A DNA stretch of 63,666 nucleotides, the filler included, from Octopus bimaculoides (taxonomy: Eukaryota): NCBI RefSeq assembly GCF_001194135.2. It is 6 parts of 6 records of this genome, joined end to end, with 100 filler letters (N's around TTAATTAATTAA, not from the genome) between each part and the next. Parts side by side here need not be neighbours in the genome. Positions count along the whole stretch, not along the records: positions 10,655 to 23,456 come from NC_069004.1; positions 23,557 to 54,472 come from NC_068985.1; 4 more parts are not named here. The stretch is one strand, 5' to 3'. A program made the translations under genes and the position numbers. Positions 12,656 through 25,244 of the stretch are shown here, piece after piece. The notes beneath the pieces are model-generated. The model was not told the DNA's origin. It saw nothing but the letters and a program-made list of their open reading frames with translations, and did not search any database. Positions within the stretch are counted from its first letter, which is position 1, and each line of letters opens with the position of its first letter.

Positions 12656-13186
12656 TATAATAATAATAATAATAACAGTAATACGAACACAAACATGCAT
12701 ACATACATACATACATACATACATACATGTAATTGCTTTATCAGAGTCATGCTCTCCTGAGAAAAATTATATTTTTACCGGTTGTTTTTTTTTTTCGTTT
12801 AATCAAACTTAATTTTCGTAAGACTATGATTGATATTTACGAGTAGCTCAAGGCAAGGTTTGATTACAATTTATTGTTTGTTTAATTCTGCATTCATTTA
12901 TCAATATCACGTTGATTTCATGACCTGCGTGAGAAAATATCAACTGGACTAATCAGTTAGTGAAAATGGTTCGGAACTTATCGAGGTGACAAGTTAAAAT
13001 TAATTAAATTGATAAATAAATAAAAAAGCTCATATAACCGAGACTAGTTTCTGTGGTAGGTCAGATGGCAGTGCGATTGATAAAAATTATAAGATGTATC
13101 AACGTACTTAAGAAAACAATTCGGTACTTCGACCTCAATGCAGGAAAATATAACAGAATAAAAATTTAGAGTTTATTTCTTAAGAG

Positions 13187-13461
13187 TAAAGATTGTTTGC
13201 CAACATAACATGGCAGTCCCGGTTTAGGACGAATATTGCTGTAATTTAGAACCAGGAGACATCGTTTCTAGCTGTCTATACGACACGATCTGTGTCATAT
13301 TTTCGAACAAGGGAACGTAGCACCCCCACTCTGCATGTTCAAAAATATAAGGACACAGATCGTGTCGTACAGCCAGCTGGAGACGATGTCTCCTGGGGTT
13401 AAATTACAGCAATATTCGTCCTAAACCAGGACTGCCATGTTATGTTGGCAAACAATCTTTA
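13187..13461. repeat. 275-bp fold-back (long inverted repeat; MITE-like)
   Basis: Arms of ~125 bp (13187-~13313 and ~13335-13461). The outer ~60 bp are nearly perfect and the unit begins and ends with TA. Confidence 0.85.
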
Positions 13462-13880
13462 TTACAAAGTACTGTTGCTGAATATCTCCCGTAGTGAGAT
13501 TTAAAAATAGTAATTTTTTAATTTACTTCCTAGGTTGAAACAAATGTAATAATTATAAAAGCTATGAGAGTATCATACTTAATGCAAAAACATCACGAAA
13601 AGTTAAACCAACTGCGGTATTCGCCCAGAGGTAATACTCCATATGGACGTGCTGTGTTCAAAAACACAAATTCATCAGTGACTCAAGTTCAAACAATTAT
13701 TGTCATTTCAAAAGTGATCAATGCATCATAAATAATGTAAATATACATATATACGCACGCACGCGCGCATACACACACGGATAGATAAAATAGATAGAGA
13801 GAGAGAGAGAGAGAGAAGTACGCAATACAACACTCAAGATCTTAAGCAATGCAGAAATACTGGTAGTCACAGCATATGTA

Positions 13881-13882
13881 CT

Positions 13883-13953
<71 letters not shown>

Positions 13954-14130
13954 TAGTAATGGTAGTAGCAGTGGTAGTAGCAGCAGAAGCAGCAGCAAAA
14001 GCAGCAGCAGTAATTGTAGTAGTGATAGTAGTCGTAGCAGCAGTAGTAGAAGTAGTACTGGTGTTGGTAGTAGTAGTAGTAGAAGTAGTAGTAGTAGTAG
14101 TAGTAATAGTAGTAGTAGTAGTAGTAGTAT
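13881..14130. repeat. Compound (GCA)n/(GTA)n trinucleotide tract
   Basis: Directly visible; it is the source of the poly-V/poly-Y pseudo-ORFs. Confidence 0.95.
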
Positions 14131-14569
14131 ATAAAAATAAAACAGCCTCGCTCGTAGTTGTTTACTTTTACCATTCTTTTATACAAATAAACACAAGTAT
14201 TTCAACGAAGAATCTGTAAAAACACTGCACTTTCTTCCAACCTCATATATCTTACATACATTAAAATTTCTCTTGTACCTATAATTCAAAGGGCCTAGCC
14301 TTGTTACATTGTGTGTCACACTTAATCTCCCCGAGAATTACGTTAGAAGTACATGTGTCTGTGGAGTGCTAAGCCAGCCACTTGCACGTTAATTTCATGA
14401 GCAGGCTGTTCCGTCGATCGGATCAACTGGAAACCAACGTCGTCATAACACGCGGTGCGCCGTAGTAATATATATATATGGGAGAATATACAAATAATGA
14501 CAACAGACGAGGACAGGTGGTGTAAATAACAAAAGTATATATTAGTATGACGCTCGGGAATACGGAAAG

Positions 14570-14606
14570 TCTTTGACGTTTCGAGCTACGCTCTTCAACA
14601 GAAAGA
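14570..14606 (-). ncRNA. Minimal hammerhead-like variant, same sequence as 38453
   Basis: Exact reverse complement of 38453-38489, within a ~165-bp repeat (14480-14645 vs 38418-38580). Confidence 0.5.
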
Positions 14607-15556
14607 ATACGGAGACAAGGAGAAAAACACGGAGAAAAATATATATATATATATANNNNNNNNNNNNNNNNNNNNNNNNNNNNNNNNNNNNNNNNNNNNN
14701 NNNNNNNNNNNNNNNNNNNNNNNNNNNNNNNNNNNNNNNNNNNNNNNNNNNNNNNNNNNNNNNNNNNNNNNNNNNNNNNNNNNNNNNNNNNNNNNNNNNN
14801 NNNNNNNNNNNNNNNNNNNNNNNNNNNNNNNNNNNNNNNNNNNNNNNNNNNNNNNNNNNNNNNNNNNNNNNNNNNNNNNNNNNNNNNNNNNNNNNNNNNN
14901 NNNNNNNNNNNNNNNNNNNNNNNNNNNNNNNNNNNNNNNNNNNNNNNNNNNNNNNNNNNNNNNNNNNNNNNNNNNNNNNNNNNNNNNNNNNNNNNNNNNN
15001 NNNNNNNNNNNNNNNNNNNNNNNNNNNNNNNNNNNNNNNNNNNNNNNNNNNNNNNNNNNNNNNNNNNNNNNNNNNNNNNNNNNNNNNNNNNNNNNNNNNN
15101 NNNNNNNNNNNNNNNNNNNNNNNNNNNNNNNNNNNNNNNNNNNNNNNNNNNNNNNNNNNNNNNNNNNNNNNNNNNNNNNNNNNNNNNNNNNNNNNNNNNN
15201 NNNNNNNNNNNNNNNNNNNNNNNNNNNNNNNNNNNNNNNNNNNNNNNNNNNNNNNNNNNNNNNNNNNNNNNNNNNNNNNNNNNNNNNNNNNNNNNNNNNN
15301 NNNNNNNNNNNNNNNNNNNNNNNNNNNNNNNNNNNNNNNNNNNNNNNNNNNNNNNNNNNNNNNNNNNNNNNNNNNNNNNNNNNNNNNNNNNNNNNNNNNN
15401 NNNNNNNNNNNNNNNNNNNNNNNNNNNNNNNNNNNNNNNNNNNNNNNNNNNNNNNNNNNNNNNNNNNNNNNNNNNNNNNNNNNNNNNNNNNNNNNNNNNN
15501 NNNNNNNNNNNNNNNNNNNNNNNNNNNNNNNNNNNNNNNNNNNNNNNNNNNNNNNN

Positions 15557-15607
<51 letters not shown>

Positions 15608-15966
15608 CATTTGGCTTGCTGGCTGGCTGGCTGGTTGGTTGTGTGGGTGGATGAATATTTGTATAGATACACGTACACAAATGCATAGGAAGATACAAGC
15701 GTATGCACGCACACGCTCGAAACACACGCGTCACACTGATGTGCAACCAAACGCATGCACAGATTTTATGCAGACTTATTCATACACACACACACACACA
15801 TTTACATATGTATGAACTTACGTGTGTATATATATATCCTCATCCTCATCATCATCATCGTCGTTTAACCCAAGCCAATGTACGTCCCGTATTCATGTCT
15901 GTCTGTCTGTATGTATGCATGTTTGTATGTATGTATGTATGCATGGAAAAATATAAAAGATAAAAT

Positions 15967-16019
<53 letters not shown>

Positions 16020-17171
16020 CACATGCATACATACGTACATGCACACAAATATAACTTTTATTCTTTTTAATTTCTTACTTATTTCAATCATTTGACTGCG
16101 GCCATGCTGGAGCACCGCCTTGAATGTTTTATTTGTTTTTAGTTGAACAAATCGACTTTAGGACTTATTTCATAAACCTAGTATTCTTTACATCGACTGT
16201 GACCGAACTGCTAGTTTACGGAGACGTAAATATCTCAACACCGGTTGCCGAGTTGTAATGATGGAGACACACACGCTCTTCTTTCAGTTTCCATCTACCG
16301 AATCCAATCACAAGGCTTTAGTCAGCATGAGGCTATAGTAGAAGACACTTGTCCAAAGTGGCGTGTAGCGGGATGGAACCTGGAACCATATGGTGGGGAC
16401 TTGGGAAGCAAGTTTCTGACCACACAGCCACGCCTGCGCCTACACTTACTACACGGCCATGCGTGTACATATGCAAATCTCAAAGTATATGTATATATAT
16501 ATAAAAGTTTAAATGTGAGTGTATACACACACCCACACACAACCACACACACACACGCATACACAAACACATACACGCACACACATGCGCACTCACACAC
16601 ACACACAAACACATACACACACTCACACACCCACACCCAGACACACGCACACGCACACCCACAAACACACCCACAAACACACCCACACACACAAACACAC
16701 ACTCACACNNNNNNNNNNNNNNNNNNNNNNNNNNNNNNNNNNNNNNNNNNNNNNNNNNNNNNNNNNNNNNNNNNNNNNNNNNNNNNNNNNNNNNNNNNNN
16801 NNNNNNNNNNNNNNNNNNNNNNNNNNNNNNNNNNNNNNNNNNNNNNNNNNNNNNNNNNNNNNNNNNNNNNNNNNNNNNNNNNNNNNNNNNNNNNNNNNNA
16901 TATATATATATATATATATACAAAACTCTACTTTTAGATTTAGATTTAAGGAAATGTAAACCATTTTCCTGTTGGGGCAGTAATATACATTGTAAAATGC
17001 TAGAAGTATTTAGAATAAGGAATATATTAATATTTGTATGGTGTTGCTTGCGGCTAAATCCAAAAAGTTTCATTACAGTAAAGAAATATTGTAGTATTAA
17101 ATAATTTTTTTATTTTATTACTTAAAGTACATTTCTATTCACAGTATATGACTTGTCAGGCACACTTTGCA

Positions 17172-17660
17172 TACGAGGTCTGATCAATAAGTATCCGGAG
17201 TGTTGCCATAGTAACGAAGTTAAAGCACGAAGAGTAATGCTAATGGAATGGGTACAGGTTGATCTTGGACTCTGCTGTGCTTGCACACTAAGTTTTACCG
17301 TTCCAAATCACTTCTGCTGTTTACAGCAATGCTTGGAAGGAAGGGGTGTAACGTGTGATCGTAGAACTGAACATGATAGAGAAAGTTGTCATGGTGATAT
17401 CTGCTCAAAGATCTACGCAAAGTTGCATAAAGTTTATGGAGAGGAGTTTATGGGTCGCTCACAAGTGAACGTGTGGTTCACACGTTTCCAGGATGGCCGA
17501 AAAGTTGTTGATATTGACGAACGTTCGGAAAACCCTGCAACCAGTAGCACAGAGAAGAACATTACAGATGTACGTGCAGCTGTGAGGGGGAAATCGTCGG
17601 ATCAACATCCTTGAGTTATCAGAGGATGTGCAGATTAGTTACAGTTCAGCTCAGTCCAGA
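17172..17660 (+). mobile_element. Mariner remnant (left TIR + HTH region)
   Basis: TA|CGAGGTCTGATCAATAAGTATCCGG terminus and IYAKLHKVYGEEFMGRSQVNVWFTRFQDGRKVVDIDERSENPATS. Confidence 0.88.
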
Positions 17661-17669
17661 ACATTTGGG

Positions 17670-17960
17670 TATGAGTGAATCTTCTTTATCGTTTGGTTTG
17701 GGTTTGAAAGTTCAAAGTGGACTAAATCTTTCATATCCCACAAAACAGATAACAACACCTTACGTGGGTGAAGACCTTCTTTAACCTGGGTTGCTGGTGC
17801 TTCTCCTTTCCTTACCCACTGTCTTCGGCGCTTGACATATTTATAGAGAACCCATTTCTCGTCATCAGTCACTATTCGGTCCAAAAAGATTCATTCGTGA
17901 GACGCGACAGCAAAGTAGAGCACACAGTCACTCTCTGTGCGCGATTAGACTCGGGAAGTT
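17670..17960 (-). mobile_element. Second mariner remnant (first catalytic Asp region)
   Basis: DRIVTDDEKWVLY..RRRQW..LHPRKVLLSVLWDMK. Confidence 0.9.
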
Positions 17961-18506
17961 TGAGGAACCAATTGCCTATATAGTACTAGGCTTAATGTGT
18001 GTGTCTTCTCCCCACGTTACTGCTTGACAACCGGTGTTGTTGTGTTTACGTTNNNNNNNNNNNNNNNNNNNNNNNNNNNNNNNNNNNNNNNNNNNNNNNN
18101 NNNNNNNNNNNNNNNNNNNNNNNNNNNNNNNNNNNNNNNNNNNNNNNNNNNNNNNNNNNNNNNNNNNNNNNNNNNNNNNNNNNNNNNNNNNNNNNNNNNN
18201 NNNNNNNNNNNNNNNNNNNNNNNNNNNNNNNNNNNNNNNNNNNNNNNNNNNNNNNNNNNNNNNNNNNNNNNNNNNNNNNNNNNNNNNNNNNNNNNNNNNN
18301 NNNNNNNNNNNNNNNNNNNNNNNNNNNNNNNNNNNNNNNNNNNNNNNNNNNNNNNNNNNNNNNNNNNNNNNNNNNNNNNNNNGTGTGTGTGCCTGTGTGT
18401 GTGCCTGTGCCTGTGAGCGCGCGCGCGCGCGTGTGTGTGTGTGTGTTATTCTTAAACAGGATTACTATAGAGTGTCTTCACAGTCTCGGCCCGTTAAGCC
18501 AAAGTC

Positions 18507-18553
18507 GGCAGTCTGACGATGGTTTAGCTGGCCGAAACTTCGAAGTCATTGTC
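18507..18553 (+). ncRNA. Type I hammerhead ribozyme candidate, canonical core
   Basis: GGCAGT-CTGACGA-t-GGTTtagctGGCC-GAAA-CTTCGAAG-TC-ATTGTC. Stem I has 6 bp including G-U pairs, and stem III ACTTCGAAGT is a perfect palindrome. Confidence 0.7.
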
Positions 18554-19038
18554 AATAACATCCCTGTTTAAGAATAATAAATTTACACGGTACAAAAGTA
18601 TAGAATAAACCCAACAGATGAATGTAAAATTGTTTTTATTTTTCTTATGACTAAATACAAAACCAAAGCTCTCGCCACAGGGAAAATGATATCTGAAATA
18701 CAGCAGTAATTACAGATACTTGAACAGGAATGTATATTTTCATTACAAATATTCAACGTGTTCCAATATTTACACGAATATTTGATATATGCGAAAACCA
18801 TTGGAAAATATTGTTTTAGTTTCTCTTTAGGGGAATTCTCACTTCCCAATCACACATTCACACATATTCCTCACGTGTGTATGTGTGTGGGTCTATGTTT
18901 GTGTGTGTATTGGTTTGTATATTAAGGTTGTGTATTTGCTTAATTGTGTGTATGAGTGCGTACATTTTGTTGTCATGTTCGTATGTATGTAAGCGTGTGT
19001 TCTTATATATGTGTTTGTATATGTGTATGTATATATAA

Positions 19039-19094
<56 letters not shown>

Positions 19095-19218
19095 AGAGAG
19101 AGAGAGAGAGAGGGTGGATACATATATACAAACATAACGAAAGAGATATATAAAAGAGGGATGGAAAGAGAGAGAGGGGAGAGAGAGAAAGAGAGAATGA
19201 GTTAGGCAGACCTAAAGG

Positions 19219-19261
<43 letters not shown>

Positions 19262-19533
19262 ACTTACCTGCATACATATATACATATCTGTGAGTCTGTG
19301 CGTTGAACCAGAGATTGTTTGTTTGCTTGCGTGTGCGTATGTGTGTATTTCTGTTTTTCTCTGTTTCCATGAGATTTAATGGACATTTGACTTCTGTTTC
19401 AAGCAGTCACCAGTGAGACCATCTTAAATCCTCCCTTGTCGATTCATATACAATAACTTTGTTTAACTTGCTGCAAAAATCTTACAAATGGATAACAGAA
19501 TTTCTATTTCTCATCTCACAATGGTAACGACAC

Positions 19534-19618
<85 letters not shown>

Positions 19619-20273
19619 TGCCCATAAAATATTTGTTCGGCCATCTTGAATGACAGATGATACATTTCTACACACGTAGGATTTAGAGCTTGAACGTAAA
19701 ACGAACAGATTTGATACGGCAAAAGTATTTAGTCCGACTTTGTGACGTTTTGGTGAGCACAGCGCTCTTTAATATTTCAATATTAATGGTTGAGAAAAAA
19801 GGAAAATGCTCATTAAAAATATTACATTTACTATAATCTGTCTTTTATTGTATTTTAATGTATATATTTTATTGCTCAATACTTTTAGATTCTTATTAAA
19901 ATTGATAAATATTTACAGTTCATCAAACGATGTTATTCATTATACGCTTCGCTTCCTTGCATATAGTTGATTACATTTATCTAGAACAAAGTGTTTGCAT
20001 CAGGCTTTTCATATTCCACCACGTCACAGCACTCTCTCTCTCATTCTCTGTCTCTTTCTCCTTCCCTCTCTCTCTATCTATCTATCTATCTATCTATCTA
20101 TCATTTATCCACGCCATCAATTCTAATATGTGTACCCCTAAAACAACATACACACAAAAAAGCATTCGTGTATATATACATATACGAATACACACTCGTA
20201 CACTGATAACACGCAATCATAATCTATAAACCTATACATACATGTTTCTTTGTGCTTATATATAAATTACATT

Positions 20274-20326
<53 letters not shown>

Positions 20327-20485
20327 NNNNNNNNNNNNNNNNNNNNNNNNNNNNNNNNNNNNNNNNNNNNNNNNNNNNNNNNNNNNNNNNNNNNNNNNNN
20401 NNNNNNNNNNNNNNNNNNNNNNATGTATGTATATATATATATATAATATACAGACTATATTTATTATATATAGATATATATAAAC

Positions 20486-20539
<54 letters not shown>

Positions 20540-20857
20540 ACGAATATTTATTCGCTTTCATAAAATATAGACATAAACTATACATAAATATATAAATGAT
20601 ATTTTTTCCAAAAAATAAAATACCAATGAGTTATTTCAGTAATTATAAAAGTTTATCACAACTCATTTATATTCTAACGCAGTTTCAATCCTTGGTTGAA
20701 GTAATTAATTCCTCTGTAATTATGGCTTCTAAGAATAGGTGTGTGGTTATGAACCATGTGATTCCGCGTTCGCCCTAGCAGCGCCGCTGGATTTCGTAGA
20801 TTAAGCGCAACCGACACAGCACCCAACACAAGCACACACTTTTGCACACACACTGAA

Positions 20858-21186
20858 CTGGTATTCCGTCAGTCACGGCGATTAGAGTTCCAGTTGATCT
20901 GCTCAACGGAATAGCCAACTCATGAAATTAACTACAAGTGGCTGAATGCTCCGCAGACACGCGTAGCTTAAATGTTGTTTTCAGGGAGATTCAGCGTGAC
21001 ACAGAGTGTGACAAGGCTGACCCCTTTTGAAATACAGGTACAACTCATTTTTGTCAGCCGAGTGAACTGGAGCAATAAAGTAAAATAAAATGTCTTGCTG
21101 AAGGAAATAACGCGCCGCTGGGCATCGAACTCACGATGTGCACCCTGGCATCATGAGCTGAATACCCTAAACACTAAGCCATGTGA
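20858..21186 (-). mobile_element. tRNA-head SINE family A, full length
   Basis: A/B-box-like head (TGGCTTAGTG..GAGTTCGAT), body GCAAGACA..TTTCAC..GCTCCAG and tail GTGTCTGYGGAG..GATCAACTGGAAC. Confidence 0.85.
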
Positions 21187-21293
21187 CGTCACTACATACA
21201 CCTATATTGTGTGCACATATTTTATTGCATGTATGTGTTTATGTGTGTTAATGATTGTGTATATGGTTGTATGGCTTTTTTGTGTTTTTTTAA

Positions 21294-21607
21294 GGTGCGT
21301 GGCTTAGCTGTTAGGGTATTCGTCTCAAAATCATAAAGTCGTGAGTTCGATTCCCGGTGACACGTTGTATTCTTGAGCAAGACACTTTATTTCACGTTGC
21401 TCCAGTCCACTCAGCTGGTAACAGTGAGTTGTACTTGTAATTCAGAGTGTCAACCTTGTTTACATTCTGTGCCATTCTAAATCCCCCTAAGTTAAAAGGA
21501 CGTGTGTCTGTGGAGTGCTCAGCCACTTGCATGTCAATTTCACAGGTAGGCTGTTCCGTTGATCGGATCAACTGGAACTCTCGTCGTCATAAACGGCGGG
21601 GTGCCAG
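21294..21607 (+). mobile_element. tRNA-head SINE family A, full length
   Basis: Same blocks on +. Other copies or fragments lie at 14290-14462, 36480-36670, 43300-43440, 46018-46160, 48610-48800 and 50515-50760. Confidence 0.85.
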
Positions 21608-21720
21608 TTTCGTTTTACAAACGGGAATAGAATCGATATTTATGAGCTGAACTATTCTGTAGAATGTTTTGGTGTAAAATTTTAGGGTCTTGAATCATTC
21701 ATGAAGCATCGCAAACAATA

Positions 21721-21762
<42 letters not shown>

Positions 21763-22946
21763 NNNNNNNNNNNNNNNNNNNNNNNNNNNNNNNNNNNNNN
21801 NNNNNNNNNNNNNNNNNNNNNNNNNNNNNNNNNNNNNNNNNNNNNNNNNNNNNNNNNNNNNNNNNNNNNNNNNNNNNNNNNNNNNNNNNNNNNNNNNNNN
21901 NNNNNNNNNNNNNNNNNNNNNNNNNNNNNNNNNNNNNNNNNNNNNNNNNNNNNNNNNNNNNNNNNNNNNNNNNNNNNNNNNNNNNNNNNNNNNNNNNNNN
22001 NNNNNNNNNNNNNNNNNNNNNNNNNNNNNNNNNNNNNNNNNNNNNNNNNNNNNNNNNNNNNNNNNNNNNNNNNNNNNNNNNNNNNNNNNNNNNNNNNNNN
22101 NNNNNNNNNNNNNNNNNNNNNNNNNNNNNNNNNNNNNNNNNNNNNNNNNNNNNNNNNNNNNNNNNNNNNNNNNNNNNNNNNNNNNNNNNNNNNNNNNNNN
22201 NNNNNNNNNNNNNNNNNNNNNNNNNNNNNNNNNNNNNNNNNNNNNNNNNNNNNNNNNNNNNNNNNNNNNNNNNNNNNNNNNNNNNNNNNNNNNNNNNNNN
22301 NNNNNNNNNNNNNNNNNNNNNNNNNNNNNNNNNNNNNNNNNNNNNNNNNNNNNNNNNNNNNNNNNNNNNNNNNNNNNNNNNNNNNNNNNNNNNNNNNNNN
22401 NNNNNNNNNNNNNNNNNNNNACCGTATTTTTAAAGTGATATTAACTTTGGGATATTTTTTAAATATGAAAAGAAAATTTTTTGTAATGGTATTCACTTGA
22501 AAATAATTTAAAAGAAAACATTAAAATATTGTCTGTTTAAAGAAAGCTAAAATATAAATACTTACTGTATAAACAACTTACATTTTTTATATCACTTTCA
22601 TTTTAAAATATTTCTAAATGATTAAAATATTGTGTTTAACATTTACAGTAAAAAAAAAATCGTATTTTTTCGTTGGCAACTCACTGTCTAATAGAAAGAT
22701 AAGAGTTTCTCCACTTTCAAAATGAAGATTATTTTCGGAACATTATCCCATTATGCACCGTTTTGAATATTTATACCCCGAAAATCTCTAATATCTTGAA
22801 AACCAGTTTACCGATTTACGCGAAACTTTCATTCCGTTCGTATTAACATTTCAGAGTAAATTTAATTCATAGAATTTTCCTATTATGCGCCAGTTTGGCT
22901 GAGTAACATTGCAAGCAAACAAGATTCAAACTGACTTTTAATGTAT

Positions 22947-22980
<34 letters not shown>

Positions 22981-23067
22981 TGCATGTATGTATGTATGTA
23001 TGTATGTATGTATTATGTGTGTATATACATATATATGTATATGTATGTGTATATATATATACTTATT

Positions 23068-23421
23068 GTGTGTACAGTTTGTGACAGACCATGCCTTTAT
23101 TTTGTAGGGCTCAAATATAATTTGCGGACCCATGGAAAACGAAACCCCACCAACTATTCTGCCTATATGTTTGTGTACACCTTTCAATGCCATGTATGCC
23201 ATGAGGTCTGCAAATCTAACGGAGGCCTCAAAAGACATTTTAAGATGCACAAAGATCAGAACTTATCTGCAGCACTTGGTGGTCCAAATCAGATATGCAA
23301 TCTATGTGGGTGTCTTTTCAATACGTTGTCTGGTTTAAAGGGCCACATCAGACGCCATGACGGATCTAAGATGTAGGTACAAGAGGTGGTCAGAGTCTGC
23401 ATTAGGAGCAGAAAGCCACCA

Positions 23422-23425
<4 letters not shown>
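23068..23425 (+). mobile_element. RTE-like LINE 3' end with three C2H2-type fingers
   Basis: CTVCDRPC..GLKYNLRTH, CHVCHEVCKSNGGLKRHFKMH and CNLCGCLFNTLSGLKGHIRRH, then a stop, short UTR and (TG)n/(TA)n tail. There are no TGEKP linkers. Confidence 0.65.
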
Positions 23426-23456
<31 letters not shown>

Positions 23457-23739
23457 NNNNNNNNNNNNNNNNNNNNNNNNNNNNNNNNNNNNNNNNNNNN
23501 TTAATTAATTAANNNNNNNNNNNNNNNNNNNNNNNNNNNNNNNNNNNNNNNNNNNNGACAGGGAGAGAAGAAACGAGAGGAGAAGAGAAAGGGAGGGAGA
23601 AGACTACAAAGTAATAGGTGCAGATTAGAGAAGATAGATTAGGAACATCCAGAGTACGAAAAGACGGTAGGTGAAGGAAAGTAAAGGTAAAAAAATGATG
23701 ATAAAGGAGGTTTACAAAAGTGGAAAAGTTCAAAAGTTC

Positions 23740-25244
23740 AAAAGTTTTTTAGACGTCGTGGTATATTGAAGCGATTTCCAATCAGAAGATGGGTCCAGTG
23801 TAATCTTTGTCTTCCCAGTTCCAGCTAGAGCATCCAGAAAGAAAAGACCTCCTTTTTCACTTTCACTGCTTGAAATAATAGTCTTATAAACACCCAATAG
23901 GTCCTCTATCAGTTTGTATTCGTTATCAGCTCTAGACGCCGTCATTTCCTCGATGTCATAGCTGATTTCTCGCAGGTACTCAATTACGAGATTGTTTGCT
24001 GCTTGCTCTGGTTGAGGGAGACTAAATGTGGCAATGCTTTGATCTCTCATAGCTTGGACTCAAGTGTCCAGATCAAGTAATGCTTCGTTGTAACTGGCGA
24101 TATTGAACGTGGCGATTTCCGCTGAGGTTTGCCTTTGAATCCTTTGTAGGATGTCCTCTGCCATGATGGTTTAGTGGCTCACCCAAAGCTTGAGAGGTCC
24201 ACCCAAGCCACATGTCATCAACATGATAGAAAATAGCTGGCGCAGTTGACTTAGTGCTGTACTAACTGCTGCCTCCTCCAGTGACTGGTCCCAGCGAGCA
24301 TCATCCTCCAATAGTCCATGTTTGGCGCAGGCTTCTCTATAGGTCGTACAGACTTCCCCATTGTGTTTTCGAAGATCTGACAGTGTGCAACAGTAGACGC
24401 AGAAAAAAACACTCCTGCTGATTAGGGTGCACAGTGTACACCCGCCAGATGGCCTCACTTCTGAAGACAACATATTCTTCTCAGCCCTCAACGCGTGCTC
24501 CTTGCTTGCGTCTGTTCCATCTATTGTGTTCCCAGGTACAGTACACGGGAACATTAACATACGACAGTGTTCGGGCAAACAGATCACATTGGCATAATTT
24601 GAAGAAAGCTGTCAAAGTGGTTTCTGGTAGATTCAGAACTACACTTCGAACATTATTGTCTGTGAAATATACAAGCTGGCCATTTTCAAGATGTACAAAT
24701 AGATTCACTACTGTTGGAAGCCGCTCGTTGACTTCGAAGCCCACGTTAGAGGAAATGTACCTGTTGAATTTTATCTACAAGCCCTCCTGTTCAAGTCCAA
24801 AAACCGCAATATCTCAGCACTTATTGATGTATTTACATACATATCTAATACCTTTTATAACGTTGCATGACTCAACATTAACATGGACCTGCAATGTTTT
24901 AGATAGCAATTGGTTGTAGGGCATGATCCACCTGTTGTCAATTTCCATCCCTTGACCATTAACTTTGAGCTTGGTAGTGTTTAGGGTGATCAAAGGAAAA
25001 TGAATGGGTAATTTCCCTTGCCTTGGTTGTTAAAGGAACATATATTGGTTATAGATATATGGACCCCTTCTAGGGGACCTAGCCATCCAATTATAGATTT
25101 TTATTAAACTTCAATGAGCCTAGTAAGAAACTAGATGTTACTTTAACATATTTACAGTTTCACAAAAATTCGTTGACAGGTGTAGACGGCAACTTGACAC
25201 AAATAAACATACAAACAGAGAACTTGCATTTATATACGTATAGA
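23740..25244 (-). mobile_element. Helitron remnant (internally deleted RepHel)
   Basis: 5' end A|TCTATACGTATATAAATG at 25244. Motifs PYNQLL..HVNVE..IRYVCKYINK, VHLENGQ..TTLTAFFKLC..FARTL, TYREAC..GLLEDD..QLRQLF and Walker A FFLDALAGTGKT. Confidence 0.92.

Noticed and set aside
22960-23376. Host C2H2 zinc-finger gene
   Set aside because: The ORF start is a microsatellite, there are no TGEKP linkers, and the end has a LINE-like tail. Treated as a retroelement end.
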